Below are positions 1 to 8,434 of a stretch of DNA of 32,000 nt, one piece after another. A program made the translations under genes and the position numbers. The notes under the pieces were generated by a model. It saw only the letters and a program-made list of their open reading frames with translations. It had not been told where the DNA came from and did not search any database. The stretch comes from Microcystis aeruginosa NIES-843 (lineage in GTDB: Bacteria > Cyanobacteriota > Cyanobacteriia > Cyanobacteriales > Microcystaceae). The stretch spans positions 810,001 to 842,000 of the forward strand of contig NC_010296.1 of the NCBI RefSeq assembly GCF_000010625.1, in the 5' to 3' direction. Each line of letters begins with the position of its first letter. The first letter of the stretch is position 1.

Positions 1-97
1 TAACTTATTCCTGTTTTTTTTGCATAGTCTGATAGTTTCATATCTATATATGACCATGCTTGACTATATCTGACTATATTTGTATTGAAACTTTACA

Positions 98-197
98 ATA
101 CTAAATCCGTTGAGTATAGGCTACATATCAGGATAGGCAAGAGGCAATAGGCAAAAGGAGGAATAAATAATCAGTTTTTAATAACAGGATTTAGGAT
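98..197 (+). mobile_element. ~100-bp MITE-like repeat, copy a
   Basis: Near-identical to 368-474. The ends ATACTAAATCC and GGATTTAGGAT are inverted repeats (10/11). Internal GGCAAGA-type heptamers number 3 units here and 4 in copy b. Confidence 0.6.
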
Positions 198-296
198 AAA
201 TCCTGTTTAAAAGGTATAGGGGAGTGGGGAGCGCCAGAGCAGGGAGAAACAATCCATGACTGGGGAGTTAATCACAGTATTAAAAACGGATTTGGT

Positions 297-353
297 ATCA
301 TCAAATCCTTATTCTCGGTGAGTTAAAATCTCCTAAAAAAATAGGGAGTATTT
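297..353 (+). repeat. Inverted duplicate of the 3' end and downstream flank of the DCC oxidoreductase gene (partner 11957-12013)
   Basis: The reverse complement of 297-353 aligns to 11957-12013 with 6 mismatches in 57 nt by eye. It reads ..SSNPYSR* where the intact gene tail reads ..SSNRCSQSVKIS*. Confidence 0.7.
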
Positions 354-367
354 TCAGATAACTGATT

Positions 368-474
368 ATACTAAATCCGTTGAGTATAGGCTACATATCA
401 GGATAGGCAAGAGGCAAGAGACAAGAGGCAAAAGGAGGAATAAATAATCAGTTTTTAATAACAGGATTTAGGAT
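368..474 (+). mobile_element. ~100-bp MITE-like repeat, copy b
   Basis: Same sequence and termini as 98-197, with one extra heptamer unit. Confidence 0.6.
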
Positions 475-502
475 TACTGTTTACTGTTTACTGTTTACTG
501 AA
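475..502 (+). repeat. Heptamer microsatellite (TACTGTT)x4
   Basis: Tandem 7-nt units read directly from the sequence. Confidence 0.85.
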
Positions 503-508
503 AATACT

Positions 509-549
509 CCCCACACCCTGCCCCCAGGAAAAACTTTTTCCACATACCC
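509..549 (+). repeat. Right-end fragment of the ~215-bp GGGTTTGC/GCAAACCC MITE family
   Basis: CCCCACACCCTGCCCCCAGGAAAAACTTTTTCCACATACCC matches the right ends of the full copies (e.g. 3254-3295). It ends 3 nt before the sigma gene stop codon. Confidence 0.6.
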
Positions 550-552
550 TAA

Positions 553-1797
553 CTAACTCAACGCTTCAAAATAATCGCGAATTTGATTATGTAGCTGGGA
601 TTGACGCAGTTTTTGCAAAGCTTTCAACTCAATTTGTCGTACCCTTTCCCGGGATAATTCCAAAGTGCGACCGATATCAGCCAAAGAATGGGATTTACCA
701 TCGAGAAAACCATAGCGCAATTCAATCACTTCTCGTTCACGAGCGGTTAAATCTGCCAATAGTTCTCTGATATCTCTTTGCAAAGATTCATAGACAAAAT
801 GATTTTCTGAAGACACTGCTTCGATTTCCAAAAGGTCTAATAATTCCGTATCTTTTTCCTTACCCACTTTTATTTCTAAGGAAACCGAACGCGGCACTGT
901 CATCAACAATTCCCGCACAGCTTCAGGAGTCAGAGCTAACTCTTGGGCAATTTCCTCTACGGTCGCAGTGCGACCGCGCATTTGCGAGATTTTCCGTTGT
1001 GCCTTCTTAATTCTGTTGAGTTTTTCGGTAATATGAACCGGTAAGCGAATAATCTGGCTTTTAGTTGCGATCGCTCTTGTCATTCCTTGACGGATCCACC
1101 AGTAGGCATAGGTACTAAAACGATAGCCTTTGGTGGGATCAAATTTCTTGACGGCGCGTTCTAAACCCAGGGTTCCCTCTTGAATCAAATCCAATAATTC
1201 TAAACCGCGATTCTGATATTTTTTGGCCACCGACACCACCAGACGTAAATTGGCCTTGATCATCTGTTCTTTGGCACGGGTACCAAGGGCAATAATTTCT
1301 TCTAATTCCCCCACTTCTAAGCCCGCTAGGTGCGCCCAACGCTGTTTCCCTGCTTTTAAAGCATTTTTTAACTCAGACACCCTGATTTGGGCGGTTTTTG
1401 CCCAGCGTTCTAGGGAGGGACGATGGGCTAATTGAGCGGTTAGCTGATCGCGCACCTCAATTAACTTGACAAATTGCTGTACTTGTGCATCACCTTGTTT
1501 AACGGCGGCGGCGCATAATTTCAGTAAAGACAGATGACGCTGTACCTGTTGCGCTTGTTCAACTTCCTCGTCCCGTTTGAGTAGAGGCACTCTGCCAATG
1601 TCTTGTAGGTATAAACGTACTAAATCGGTAGTTGTGCCGTTGCTGTAGCTTTTTTCGGGACTAGATACTAAATCATCTTCCAAATCACTGCCGAGAAAAT
1701 CTTCATCCAGGTCGAGCGAGTTTTCCTTCAGTTTTAAGATAGAAAAAGAGGGACAGATAAATTCAGTTTCGAGCGTCGAGGGGTTAATTGCAGACAT
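553..1797 (-). CDS. RNA polymerase sigma-70 family factor, group-2-like (SigC-like length and N-terminus)
   Basis: The 414-aa ORF carries region 2 (DLIQEGTLGLERAVKKFDPTKGYRFSTYAYWWIRQ), region 3 and region 4.2 (SLADIGRTLELSRERVRQIELKALQKLR). Confidence 0.92.
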   Translation of the reverse strand: MSAINPSTLETEFICPSFSILKLKENSLDLDEDFLGSDLEDDLVSSPEKSYSNGTTTDLVRLYLQDIGRVPLLKRDEEVEQAQQVQRHLSLLKLCAAAVKQGDAQVQQFVKLIEVRDQLTAQLAHRPSLERWAKTAQIRVSELKNALKAGKQRWAHLAGLEVGELEEIIALGTRAKEQMIKANLRLVVSVAKKYQNRGLELLDLIQEGTLGLERAVKKFDPTKGYRFSTYAYWWIRQGMTRAIATKSQIIRLPVHITEKLNRIKKAQRKISQMRGRTATVEEIAQELALTPEAVRELLMTVPRSVSLEIKVGKEKDTELLDLLEIEAVSSENHFVYESLQRDIRELLADLTAREREVIELRYGFLDGKSHSLADIGRTLELSRERVRQIELKALQKLRQSQLHNQIRDYFEALS

Positions 1798-1992
1798 GAT
1801 GGCTTCTCTAGGGGCGACTGTGATAGGAATTACAAACTTCTAAATCGTTTACCGTAGTCATAGCTTTCCCACTTAAGCGAGGAAATGATGCAGTCGGGAA
1901 AATTTTTTTCTCAAAAGTATTTATCTTTAAACTTAGAAGTTACAGCAATTCCATTGATTTAGAAGTAATTTCCCCTACAGTCCTATTCCTAT

Positions 1993-3054
1993 CTATTCCT
2001 GATTTTGGAGATAATTACAGATTTGTTGCAGTTTAGCCAGGGCTTTTCCCGACTGTAAACATTGTTGTGCTTGCTGGAAAGCGGTGGGGATATCCGGGGC
2101 AATTCCACAGCGCCAAAGATAAAAACCACCGTTAAAAATTGCCGCATCGGTTAATTCATTATTTTCTCCAGCTAATAAACCCTTTAATTTAGCGGTGAGC
2201 ATCTCTAAAGATTCGAGGGGATAATCCGAGGGACAGAAGCCATAATCGCGAGGATTTAGGAAAAATCGCTGAAAGGAAGGGGGATCGGTGGGATTTCCCA
2301 GACCGATAATCGCCGTCCGATTACAGGCTAAATCACAACTCCCCTCTAATCCTTTCACGGTGGTGAAGTGAGAGATATTTCTCAGAGCGAAAGTTTCGCG
2401 AAAACGATCTTCGGTGGGGGGATGAACAAAACCCGATATCTGATGAATATTACCCACAAAAGGCGACCACATTAACTCTACCGTGGCCATGGGCGGACGT
2501 TTACCGATTTGCTCCCGATAGGTAACAAAATTCTCTACTAGGGGAAAATGGCGCGGAATATAGAAAAAAGTGAATCCTGTGGTGATTAAACAGTCTTTCA
2601 CTGCTGCTAAGGATAATTGACTAAAATCTGCTCCTAATTGCTGCCAGATTTCCCTCAGGGAAATACCGTATTTAGTCGGCATTCGATCGCCCCCGTGCAG
2701 GACTACGGGAACCCCCGCCAACCCTAAGATTAAAGTAGTGATCGGAGTAACCGGGGCAGTGCGAGAGCGTCCATCGTAGGGATTGCCAAAAATAGCGATC
2801 GGATGCTGAAAAGAGGCTGATTCTAGGGTTATTTGCGGGCCAAGCTCGGCGTAGGCATCAAGCATTCCCGCTAACTCATCGCTGGTGGGGCGTTTAATGC
2901 GATGGGCAATCATAAAAGCACCGATTTGGGCCGGGGTTGCTTCTTGGGTTAACATCATCTTGGTGGCCATCGCCGCTTCGGGACGGGTTAAATTTCTGCC
3001 CGTATGGGTGCCACTACCGATCACTTTTAATAATTCTCGAAAAGTATCACTCAT
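1993..3054 (-). CDS. Anthranilate phosphoribosyltransferase-family (glycosyl transferase family 3) paralogue, probably not canonical TrpD
   Basis: The 353-aa ORF has TrpD-like overall layout. Where the GTGGDG..NIS PRPP motif is expected it reads FGNPYDGRSRTAPVT. Confidence 0.65.
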   Translation of the reverse strand: MSDTFRELLKVIGSGTHTGRNLTRPEAAMATKMMLTQEATPAQIGAFMIAHRIKRPTSDELAGMLDAYAELGPQITLESASFQHPIAIFGNPYDGRSRTAPVTPITTLILGLAGVPVVLHGGDRMPTKYGISLREIWQQLGADFSQLSLAAVKDCLITTGFTFFYIPRHFPLVENFVTYREQIGKRPPMATVELMWSPFVGNIHQISGFVHPPTEDRFRETFALRNISHFTTVKGLEGSCDLACNRTAIIGLGNPTDPPSFQRFFLNPRDYGFCPSDYPLESLEMLTAKLKGLLAGENNELTDAAIFNGGFYLWRCGIAPDIPTAFQQAQQCLQSGKALAKLQQICNYLQNQE

Positions 3055-3081
3055 CTCAAGGAAAAAAATAAAGAGTAAATA

Positions 3082-3295
3082 GGGTTTGCTGAATAAATCT
3101 AAAAACCTTGTTGGATAAGACTTTTAGACTTGTTTTCCCTCAAAAAGTGCCGTCCTTTGGAGTGATTGGGGGGAAAATCCCTGGACTTTTTCCCTGAAAA
3201 TTAGGTAATTGACCACCTGAAAATCGGTAAAACCCCACACCCCACACCCCACACCCCACACCCTGCCCCTAGGAAAAGCTTTTTGCCGCAAACCC
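3082..3295 (+). mobile_element. ~215-bp MITE, copy 1 (termini GGGTTTGC...GCAAACCC, internal (CCCCACA)x4)
   Basis: Flanked by identical 6-bp direct repeats TAAATA at 3076-3081 and 3296-3301. Homologous to 8195-8414, 8435-9081, 22464-22685 and 26129-26340. Confidence 0.85.
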
Positions 3296-3317
3296 TAAAT
3301 AGGATTGATTGGGATTG

Positions 3318-4289
3318 CTAAGGCTGGACGGGGTGGTTTTCTAAGCTTTTAACCACACTTTGATTCATTTGCCGCACTAATTGACAAAAATGAGCGATCG
3401 GTGGTATCTGTAGGCGATCGCTAGTGGTGACAAGGACTACCTGACGGGTGAGACGATGACTAAATTTACCATTGTTAAGATGGGGATTTTCGCTACTAGG
3501 GGAAGCAAGAGGACGAATGGCGAGGGTGGCATCGCTACGGGCCTCCATCAGGGCGGATTGGGGCAGAAGAGCGATAATATTACCCTGACGCACCACACCG
3601 CGAAAAGCATCGAGGGTGTTTAATTCCATGACGGTTTTCAGGTGGGCATCCTGACGGGAAAACCATTCTTGTACTAATCTTTGCATTCCGTAGCCGTCTT
3701 TGAAAACCACTTGCGGATAGGGGATTAATTCTGACCATGGCACTTCTTTGTATTGGGCGAGGGGATGATTAGCGGCCATGAGAATTTCGATCGCTTCTTG
3801 GTATAATACCTCGACCACCATCTCCGGGCTAGAGGTGAGAAAACGATTATTCATTACCAACGCCACATCTACTAAACCATCCCGCAGCACTTTTAAAGCG
3901 CGATCGCTGCCTAGGGCTGTAACTCTTAACTGAACTTCTGGGTATTCAGCACAAAATTTCGGCAAAATCGGCGGTAAATAGTGGGCGCACACGGAATGAA
4001 TCGCCGCCACGCACAATTCTGGCTGTTTTCCTGCCTGTAGGTCGGTGATTTCCTCGTGAATATTCGTCCATTCTTGACAAATCCGTTTCGCCCGGGGCAG
4101 TAATTTCTCGCCAGCAATGGTTAATTTCGCTTGGGCGGTACGATGAAAAAGAGGTAAGCCCAAATCGGTTTCTAGGGATTGAATCTGGCGGCTGATAGTC
4201 GATTGGGTGACTCCACACTGGCGCGCGGCTTGACCAAAATTGCCCGTATCGGCTACGGCTAAAAAGGCTTGCAATTGCTCGATCCGCAT
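3318..4289 (-). CDS. LysR-family transcriptional regulator
   Basis: The 323-aa ORF has an N-terminal HTH (FGQAARQCGVTQSTISRQIQSLE) and a LysR substrate-binding domain layout. Confidence 0.9.
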   Translation of the reverse strand: MRIEQLQAFLAVADTGNFGQAARQCGVTQSTISRQIQSLETDLGLPLFHRTAQAKLTIAGEKLLPRAKRICQEWTNIHEEITDLQAGKQPELCVAAIHSVCAHYLPPILPKFCAEYPEVQLRVTALGSDRALKVLRDGLVDVALVMNNRFLTSSPEMVVEVLYQEAIEILMAANHPLAQYKEVPWSELIPYPQVVFKDGYGMQRLVQEWFSRQDAHLKTVMELNTLDAFRGVVRQGNIIALLPQSALMEARSDATLAIRPLASPSSENPHLNNGKFSHRLTRQVVLVTTSDRLQIPPIAHFCQLVRQMNQSVVKSLENHPVQP

Positions 4290-4312
4290 TCTTTCTCGTT
4301 TTAATTACATTC

Positions 4313-4330
4313 CGTCATGACCTTATGACG
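4313..4330. promoter_or_regulatory. Perfect interrupted palindrome CGTCAT-N6-ATGACG, 24 nt upstream of the LysR start (candidate operator)
   Basis: The palindrome is read directly. LysR proteins commonly autoregulate through dyad sites near their own start. No binding evidence. Confidence 0.3.
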
Positions 4331-4535
4331 ATAACGAATTTTATTCTGACTTTTGGTAGAAATTGCTACCGTTTTCTCAGTTATCAGTTATTTCAGCGGT
4401 CAGCCTTGAACTACTTCTCGCTCATAATTGGGCTGTTGAACTGTCTTTTTTCTGGCAGATTCAACAATCCTGATTTCATCAGAATATTTTCTACCTTGCT
4501 AGGGATTCCTAGTAATGTAATCTGGGATAAAGTTA

Positions 4536-4648
4536 AGTAGGTAGGTGTTAAAAGTTGTCAGAGTAACCTTTAGGGTGGTTGGGTTTCGCTTAAACAAGCG
4601 ACTTGAGCTATTTTCGACCCAGTATTGTTGCGCTCAACCCAACCTACG
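4536..4648 (+). mobile_element. Variant or partial copy of the TA-flanked AGTAGGTAGG MITE family
   Basis: Shares the left terminus TAAGTAGGTAGG, the GTTGGGTTTC...CAACCCAACCTACG hairpin core. The right terminus is missing. Confidence 0.5.
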
Positions 4649-4768
4649 AGCGATGCGATCGCTGCGCTTTTTTCTGGCTTGAGATTTTGAGTTTTACGGC
4701 AACTGCTTGAGTTTTTTTGAATTACCTCTTGACAATCAAGACAGTCGCTACGAGGCGATGCGATCGCA

Positions 4769-4876
4769 CTTATCAACTTCAATCAATGAGTAAGGTGCGT
4801 TCCCCAAAATCGATCGGTGCAGTAGTAGGACTGACCTTAGGGAACGCACCCTACGGCTACGGCAATAGCGACCGCA
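4769..4876. repeat. 108-bp repeat, copy 1 (immediately 3' of the EEP gene)
   Basis: About 90% identical by eye to 6181-6288. Contains the stem GGTGCGTTCCC / GGGAACGCACC around a ~45-nt loop. Confidence 0.85.
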
Positions 4877-4914
4877 TTGCTGTTGCGATCGCTATGAACC
4901 TGAGCTAAAACAAG

Positions 4915-5883
4915 CTACATCACGCGTAGTTTTGCAATCACTGGACGATGATCAGATACACCTGAAGGCAGTGTGATGACCTGATCAACCCTGACATTTT
5001 GGCTGACGAAAATGTGGTCAATGGGAATTTTTAGAGCTTGTTTCCAATGATCGAGATGGGATAGCGATCGCGCTTCGTCAGTATAAAACCAGGTTGGATT
5101 TAGTCCATGCCCTAGATTGACACTGCGTAATCCTGAGTTAATGATAAAGTTGCGAAAATAAATCGACCAGGAGGTGAGGTTAAAGTCACCCATTATTACG
5201 GTAGTGATTGACTGCTGTGCTGCATAGGCTGCCAGGGCCACCATCGCCTGGTTACGATTGATAAAGTTAGGCATGGATATAGGGGCAAGGGGATGGGCAA
5301 CAACAACCCGAATGGGGTGTCCTGTCACATTAACGCTTGCGAATAGGCTATGGTGGCGGGTTCCCAAGTTGTCAGTCGTCGCCTCTGTAATGGGATAGCG
5401 GCTAAATAAACTCAGTCCGCCTCCCGTTGCGCGGTAATAGTAAGGATAAAGATCCTGCACATTGTCTAGTAGCTCTGCTGCCTGCTCCTTGAACGGTTCA
5501 ACTAACCCGAATACATCTACGGGATTTGCCCGAACCAGGTCAGTCACGGCACTGGTCTCCCATAGTTGGTAGTTGACGTTGTAGGTCATTACAGTCAATG
5601 GGAAACCACCAGTTCTAGCATCTCGCAACCTCGGAACATACCAAGTACCAATTGTGCTGGCATAAAACCCCAGTCCGACAGCTAACGTGATCATCAATTT
5701 CCAGCGCGAAGGGCGGAACTTGGGTAAAAACAGAGCCAACAGCAAGATCAAAGTCAAGCCCGCAAACCAAAGATAGCCTGTCCCCACAATCTCAAAAAAC
5801 CATAGCTTATACCATACTCCAGGGGTGAAGCTGATTAGCAACAGGCTAAGTGCCATCGACCACAGCAAAATACTGGTCAGCAT
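4915..5883 (-). CDS. Membrane-anchored endonuclease/exonuclease/phosphatase (EEP) family protein
   Basis: The 322-aa ORF has about 3 hydrophobic N-terminal helices. EEP signatures follow: TYNVNY, GLVEP, MGDFNLTSWS and SDHRPVIAKL. Confidence 0.8.
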   Translation of the reverse strand: MLTSILLWSMALSLLLISFTPGVWYKLWFFEIVGTGYLWFAGLTLILLLALFLPKFRPSRWKLMITLAVGLGFYASTIGTWYVPRLRDARTGGFPLTVMTYNVNYQLWETSAVTDLVRANPVDVFGLVEPFKEQAAELLDNVQDLYPYYYRATGGGLSLFSRYPITEATTDNLGTRHHSLFASVNVTGHPIRVVVAHPLAPISMPNFINRNQAMVALAAYAAQQSITTVIMGDFNLTSWSIYFRNFIINSGLRSVNLGHGLNPTWFYTDEARSLSHLDHWKQALKIPIDHIFVSQNVRVDQVITLPSGVSDHRPVIAKLRVM

Positions 5884-6180
5884 AACATCTATTGAAAATC
5901 CAATAGCCTTGTCACTGGGGAATAACTAGATATTATAAATAAACTTTCCCCATATCACACCAAATACACATTTTTTAAAAAATCTTTCTCTATATTACTC
6001 TCAAATAGAGCGATCGCAAGAAAATTTCCCGACAACATGACAATGAGCCTGTTATGCCGATTAGCACATTTTTTTATGAACCCTCCACCACTACCAGAGC
6101 AGCGATCATACTAATGTAAGAAGTAGATGATCTATCCCCAATTAAGTGCTAATCTGGCAGAGGATATTAGATTACCTAGA

Positions 6181-6288
6181 CTTATCAACTTCAATGAATG
6201 AGCAAGGTGCGTTCCCCAAAATCGATCGGTGGAGTAGTAGGACTTGCATTAGGAAACGCACCCTACGGCTACGGCAATAGCGATCGCA
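6181..6288. repeat. 108-bp repeat, copy 2 (abuts the stop codon of the 229-aa ORF)
   Basis: Direct repeat of 4769-4876. It ends GCGATCGCACTTA, a motif that also precedes copy 1. Confidence 0.85.
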
Positions 6289-6289
6289 C

Positions 6290-6979
6290 TTATAATTTGC
6301 CTAAAATTCTTTTGGCAATTTGAGATGGAACTCGAATGGGCATAATACTGTTTAGTTCATTATCTGCTCCATCATGAGTTCGATAGAAGAAGGGTACATG
6401 AGCACTTAGCGTCGAATATTCAGAGCTTTTGGGAAAAGATTCAAGTTCTTCAGTTCTCACAATTTCATAGAAACTACTGCCGTCAATTGAAGGAAACTGA
6501 CCAATCAACAGATATTTTTCATCATTATCTTCTACCTTGCAGGATGGAAATGAGTAGTAATTCCTGTATCCGGACTTCCTCTCTAAATCAATCGAGTCAC
6601 CATTAAGACATTTGATGGTAATCCTTTCTAACCTCTTGTGCTCCTCCCTGTAAAAATCAAGACCATCCTCAAAAATTTCACCAGGATATCTCCTCTCAAG
6701 TTCATCACCTTGACTTAATAGATAATTCACAGTCTCAGGATATAAGGGATAGTCTTGAGTACCAGTCAACTTTGATAGGATGTACGCCGCTCTCTCCTGT
6801 GGAAGGGCACTGATTAAAAAGTCAACTAAATTCTGCTCTTCTTCTGTAGTTTCCGCATTATCAAGTGTTAATTCTAATTGTCGAAGAACTTCACCAATTA
6901 ATCCATCAAGAGATACGCTCATACTACGACGATCTCTTAACTCACTGACTTCAAATGATTTAGTCTTTGATTTAGCCAT
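6290..6979 (-). CDS. Hypothetical acidic protein (229 aa), second gene of the AT-rich orphan operon
   Basis: Long open frame in AT-rich DNA. AAGAGGG lies 7 nt upstream of the ATG. Starts 28 nt downstream of the preceding ORF. No recognisable motif. Confidence 0.7.
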   Translation of the reverse strand: MAKSKTKSFEVSELRDRRSMSVSLDGLIGEVLRQLELTLDNAETTEEEQNLVDFLISALPQERAAYILSKLTGTQDYPLYPETVNYLLSQGDELERRYPGEIFEDGLDFYREEHKRLERITIKCLNGDSIDLERKSGYRNYYSFPSCKVEDNDEKYLLIGQFPSIDGSSFYEIVRTEELESFPKSSEYSTLSAHVPFFYRTHDGADNELNSIMPIRVPSQIAKRILGKL

Positions 6980-7007
6980 GTCAAACCCTCTTTACATAAT
7001 ATAGTAG

Positions 7008-7979
7008 CTATGGTACTGGGAAAACAAAATCTCGAAAAGTGTTGAAGTGAGGATATTCGTTAAGAAGCCGTTGCGTTTGTGATGACATTGAAAAATTTAG
7101 AGATGTAGAATCAGATAGATCGGATACTTGGATAAAAAATTCATTTTTTGTTAGTGAAATTATCATACCTCTAAACTCTTCTTCCATTAGAATTGCGAGA
7201 TTAATGGCAATATCCTGCACTGATATAAATTGAAAAATTGAGTTTTTTAAAATTCTTAATCCATCTATCACGAATGATAAATATTCTGGATTCCAAGGGT
7301 CTAATCTACCATTAAGCTGTCCCTTTCTATCAAAGGTCAATGTCATACCATAGTTTCGTTGAAGCTCTTCTGCTTCTAGAATTGTATTACTTAAGACATG
7401 AGCAATTAATTCAGCCTCATCGCTTGCCTTATCCAAATTATTAAGATAGCTTAATACATCATTTTGGTTGGCAGAATTTGAAGGCAGTTTTGATTGAATT
7501 GATTTTTCTAGTATCTTTTCTATAATTGATAAATCAAGTTGACAGCGTGCCGAGGTAGGCAGAACAGAAAATTGTCTGCGTGCATAATTAATTGCTGCAA
7601 CCAATTCTGCTTCTCTATTAAAAAAGTACCTTTTATAGGGATTGCCTAAGCTTGTCAGAAATGCGCTATATTGCTCAAAAAAACCTTGTTCTTCTAAAAC
7701 CTTAAAAGTTATTATATGGTCGAGAATGTCATGGTTAATAAAGCTAACTTTCGAGTTAGCCATTTTGTTTATTTCTAACATCCTTACTTCACGAATTTCA
7801 TAAGTTATCGGTATGTCTTGATTTGTTCTGCGACCTATAAAAATACATAAGTCATTAAAGTTAGAAATCAAGCCAGTACGACTATCGAAAATAAAATTAT
7901 CAAGACGCTTTATTTCTATTGACTGGTTTATGAATTGATCTATGGTAATTATGATAGTTAGAGGATCATGTAAGATCAA
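7008..7979 (-). CDS. Hypothetical protein (up to 323 aa), first gene of the AT-rich orphan operon; start uncertain
   Basis: A 972-nt stop-free frame in roughly 30-35% G+C DNA is unlikely by chance. The track start is TTG at 7979. The first ATGs are at 7781 and 7763. No recognisable motif. Confidence 0.62.
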   Translation of the reverse strand: MILHDPLTIIITIDQFINQSIEIKRLDNFIFDSRTGLISNFNDLCIFIGRRTNQDIPITYEIREVRMLEINKMANSKVSFINHDILDHIITFKVLEEQGFFEQYSAFLTSLGNPYKRYFFNREAELVAAINYARRQFSVLPTSARCQLDLSIIEKILEKSIQSKLPSNSANQNDVLSYLNNLDKASDEAELIAHVLSNTILEAEELQRNYGMTLTFDRKGQLNGRLDPWNPEYLSFVIDGLRILKNSIFQFISVQDIAINLAILMEEEFRGMIISLTKNEFFIQVSDLSDSTSLNFSMSSQTQRLLNEYPHFNTFRDFVFPVP

Positions 7980-8194
7980 GCCAAGTTGCTCTTTTGAACA
8001 TTGATCTGATTGTTTTTTAATCCTCTTTATATAAGTTTCTCTGCTTTATGGTGCGTAGTTCATCCAAGGAGAATTAATCTCTCGAAGTAAAACTGAAGGG
8101 AATTTCTGAAATGGAATTCAGTCTGTCTATATTTGACTATACTTTTACTAACTATCAGGATTATCTGAAATGACTCTAGTTTCATCCATAGATA

Positions 8195-8414
8195 GGGTCT
8201 GCTGAATAAATCTAAAAACCTTGTTGGATAAGACTTTTGGACTTTTTTCCCCTCAAAAAGTGCCAGCCATTGCGGGGATCGGGGGGAAAATTCCTGGACT
8301 TTTTCCCTGAAAATTAGGTACTTGACCACCTGAAAATCGATAAAACCCCACACCCCACACCCCACACCCCACACCCCACACCCTGCCCCCAGGAAAAGCT
8401 TTTTCAGCAAGCCC
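8195..8414 (+). mobile_element. ~215-bp MITE, copy 2, (CCCCACA)x5
   Basis: Flanked by TAGATA at 8189-8194 and 8415-8420. Confidence 0.85.
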
Positions 8415-8434
8415 TAGATAAAGATCTATACATA

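Noticed and set aside
1139-1435. Short overlapping ORFs inside larger genes (1139-1339, 1223-1435, and similar ones at 2885-3082, 3926-4218, 6780-7004, 10676-11534, 12616-12975, 13864-14136, 14377-14629, 21600-21914, 22232-22423, 25875-26108)
   Set aside because: All are nested in, or antisense to, ORFs with strong family signatures, and they show no motifs of their own.
4325-4540. 71-aa ORF divergent from LysR (a tempting LysR target)
   Set aside because: Its composition is Phe/Leu/Asn-rich and low complexity, it runs through a heptamer array, and it has no ribosome-binding site. It is likely non-coding promoter and repeat DNA.
4915-7979. Treating the EEP gene plus the two orphan ORFs as one three-gene system
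   Set aside because: The EEP gene has host-like G+C and a HIP1 site. It is separated from the pair by a 108-bp repeat and about 300 bp of AT-rich spacer. Composition argues for separate origins, so I kept them apart, although co-occurrence analysis could revisit this.
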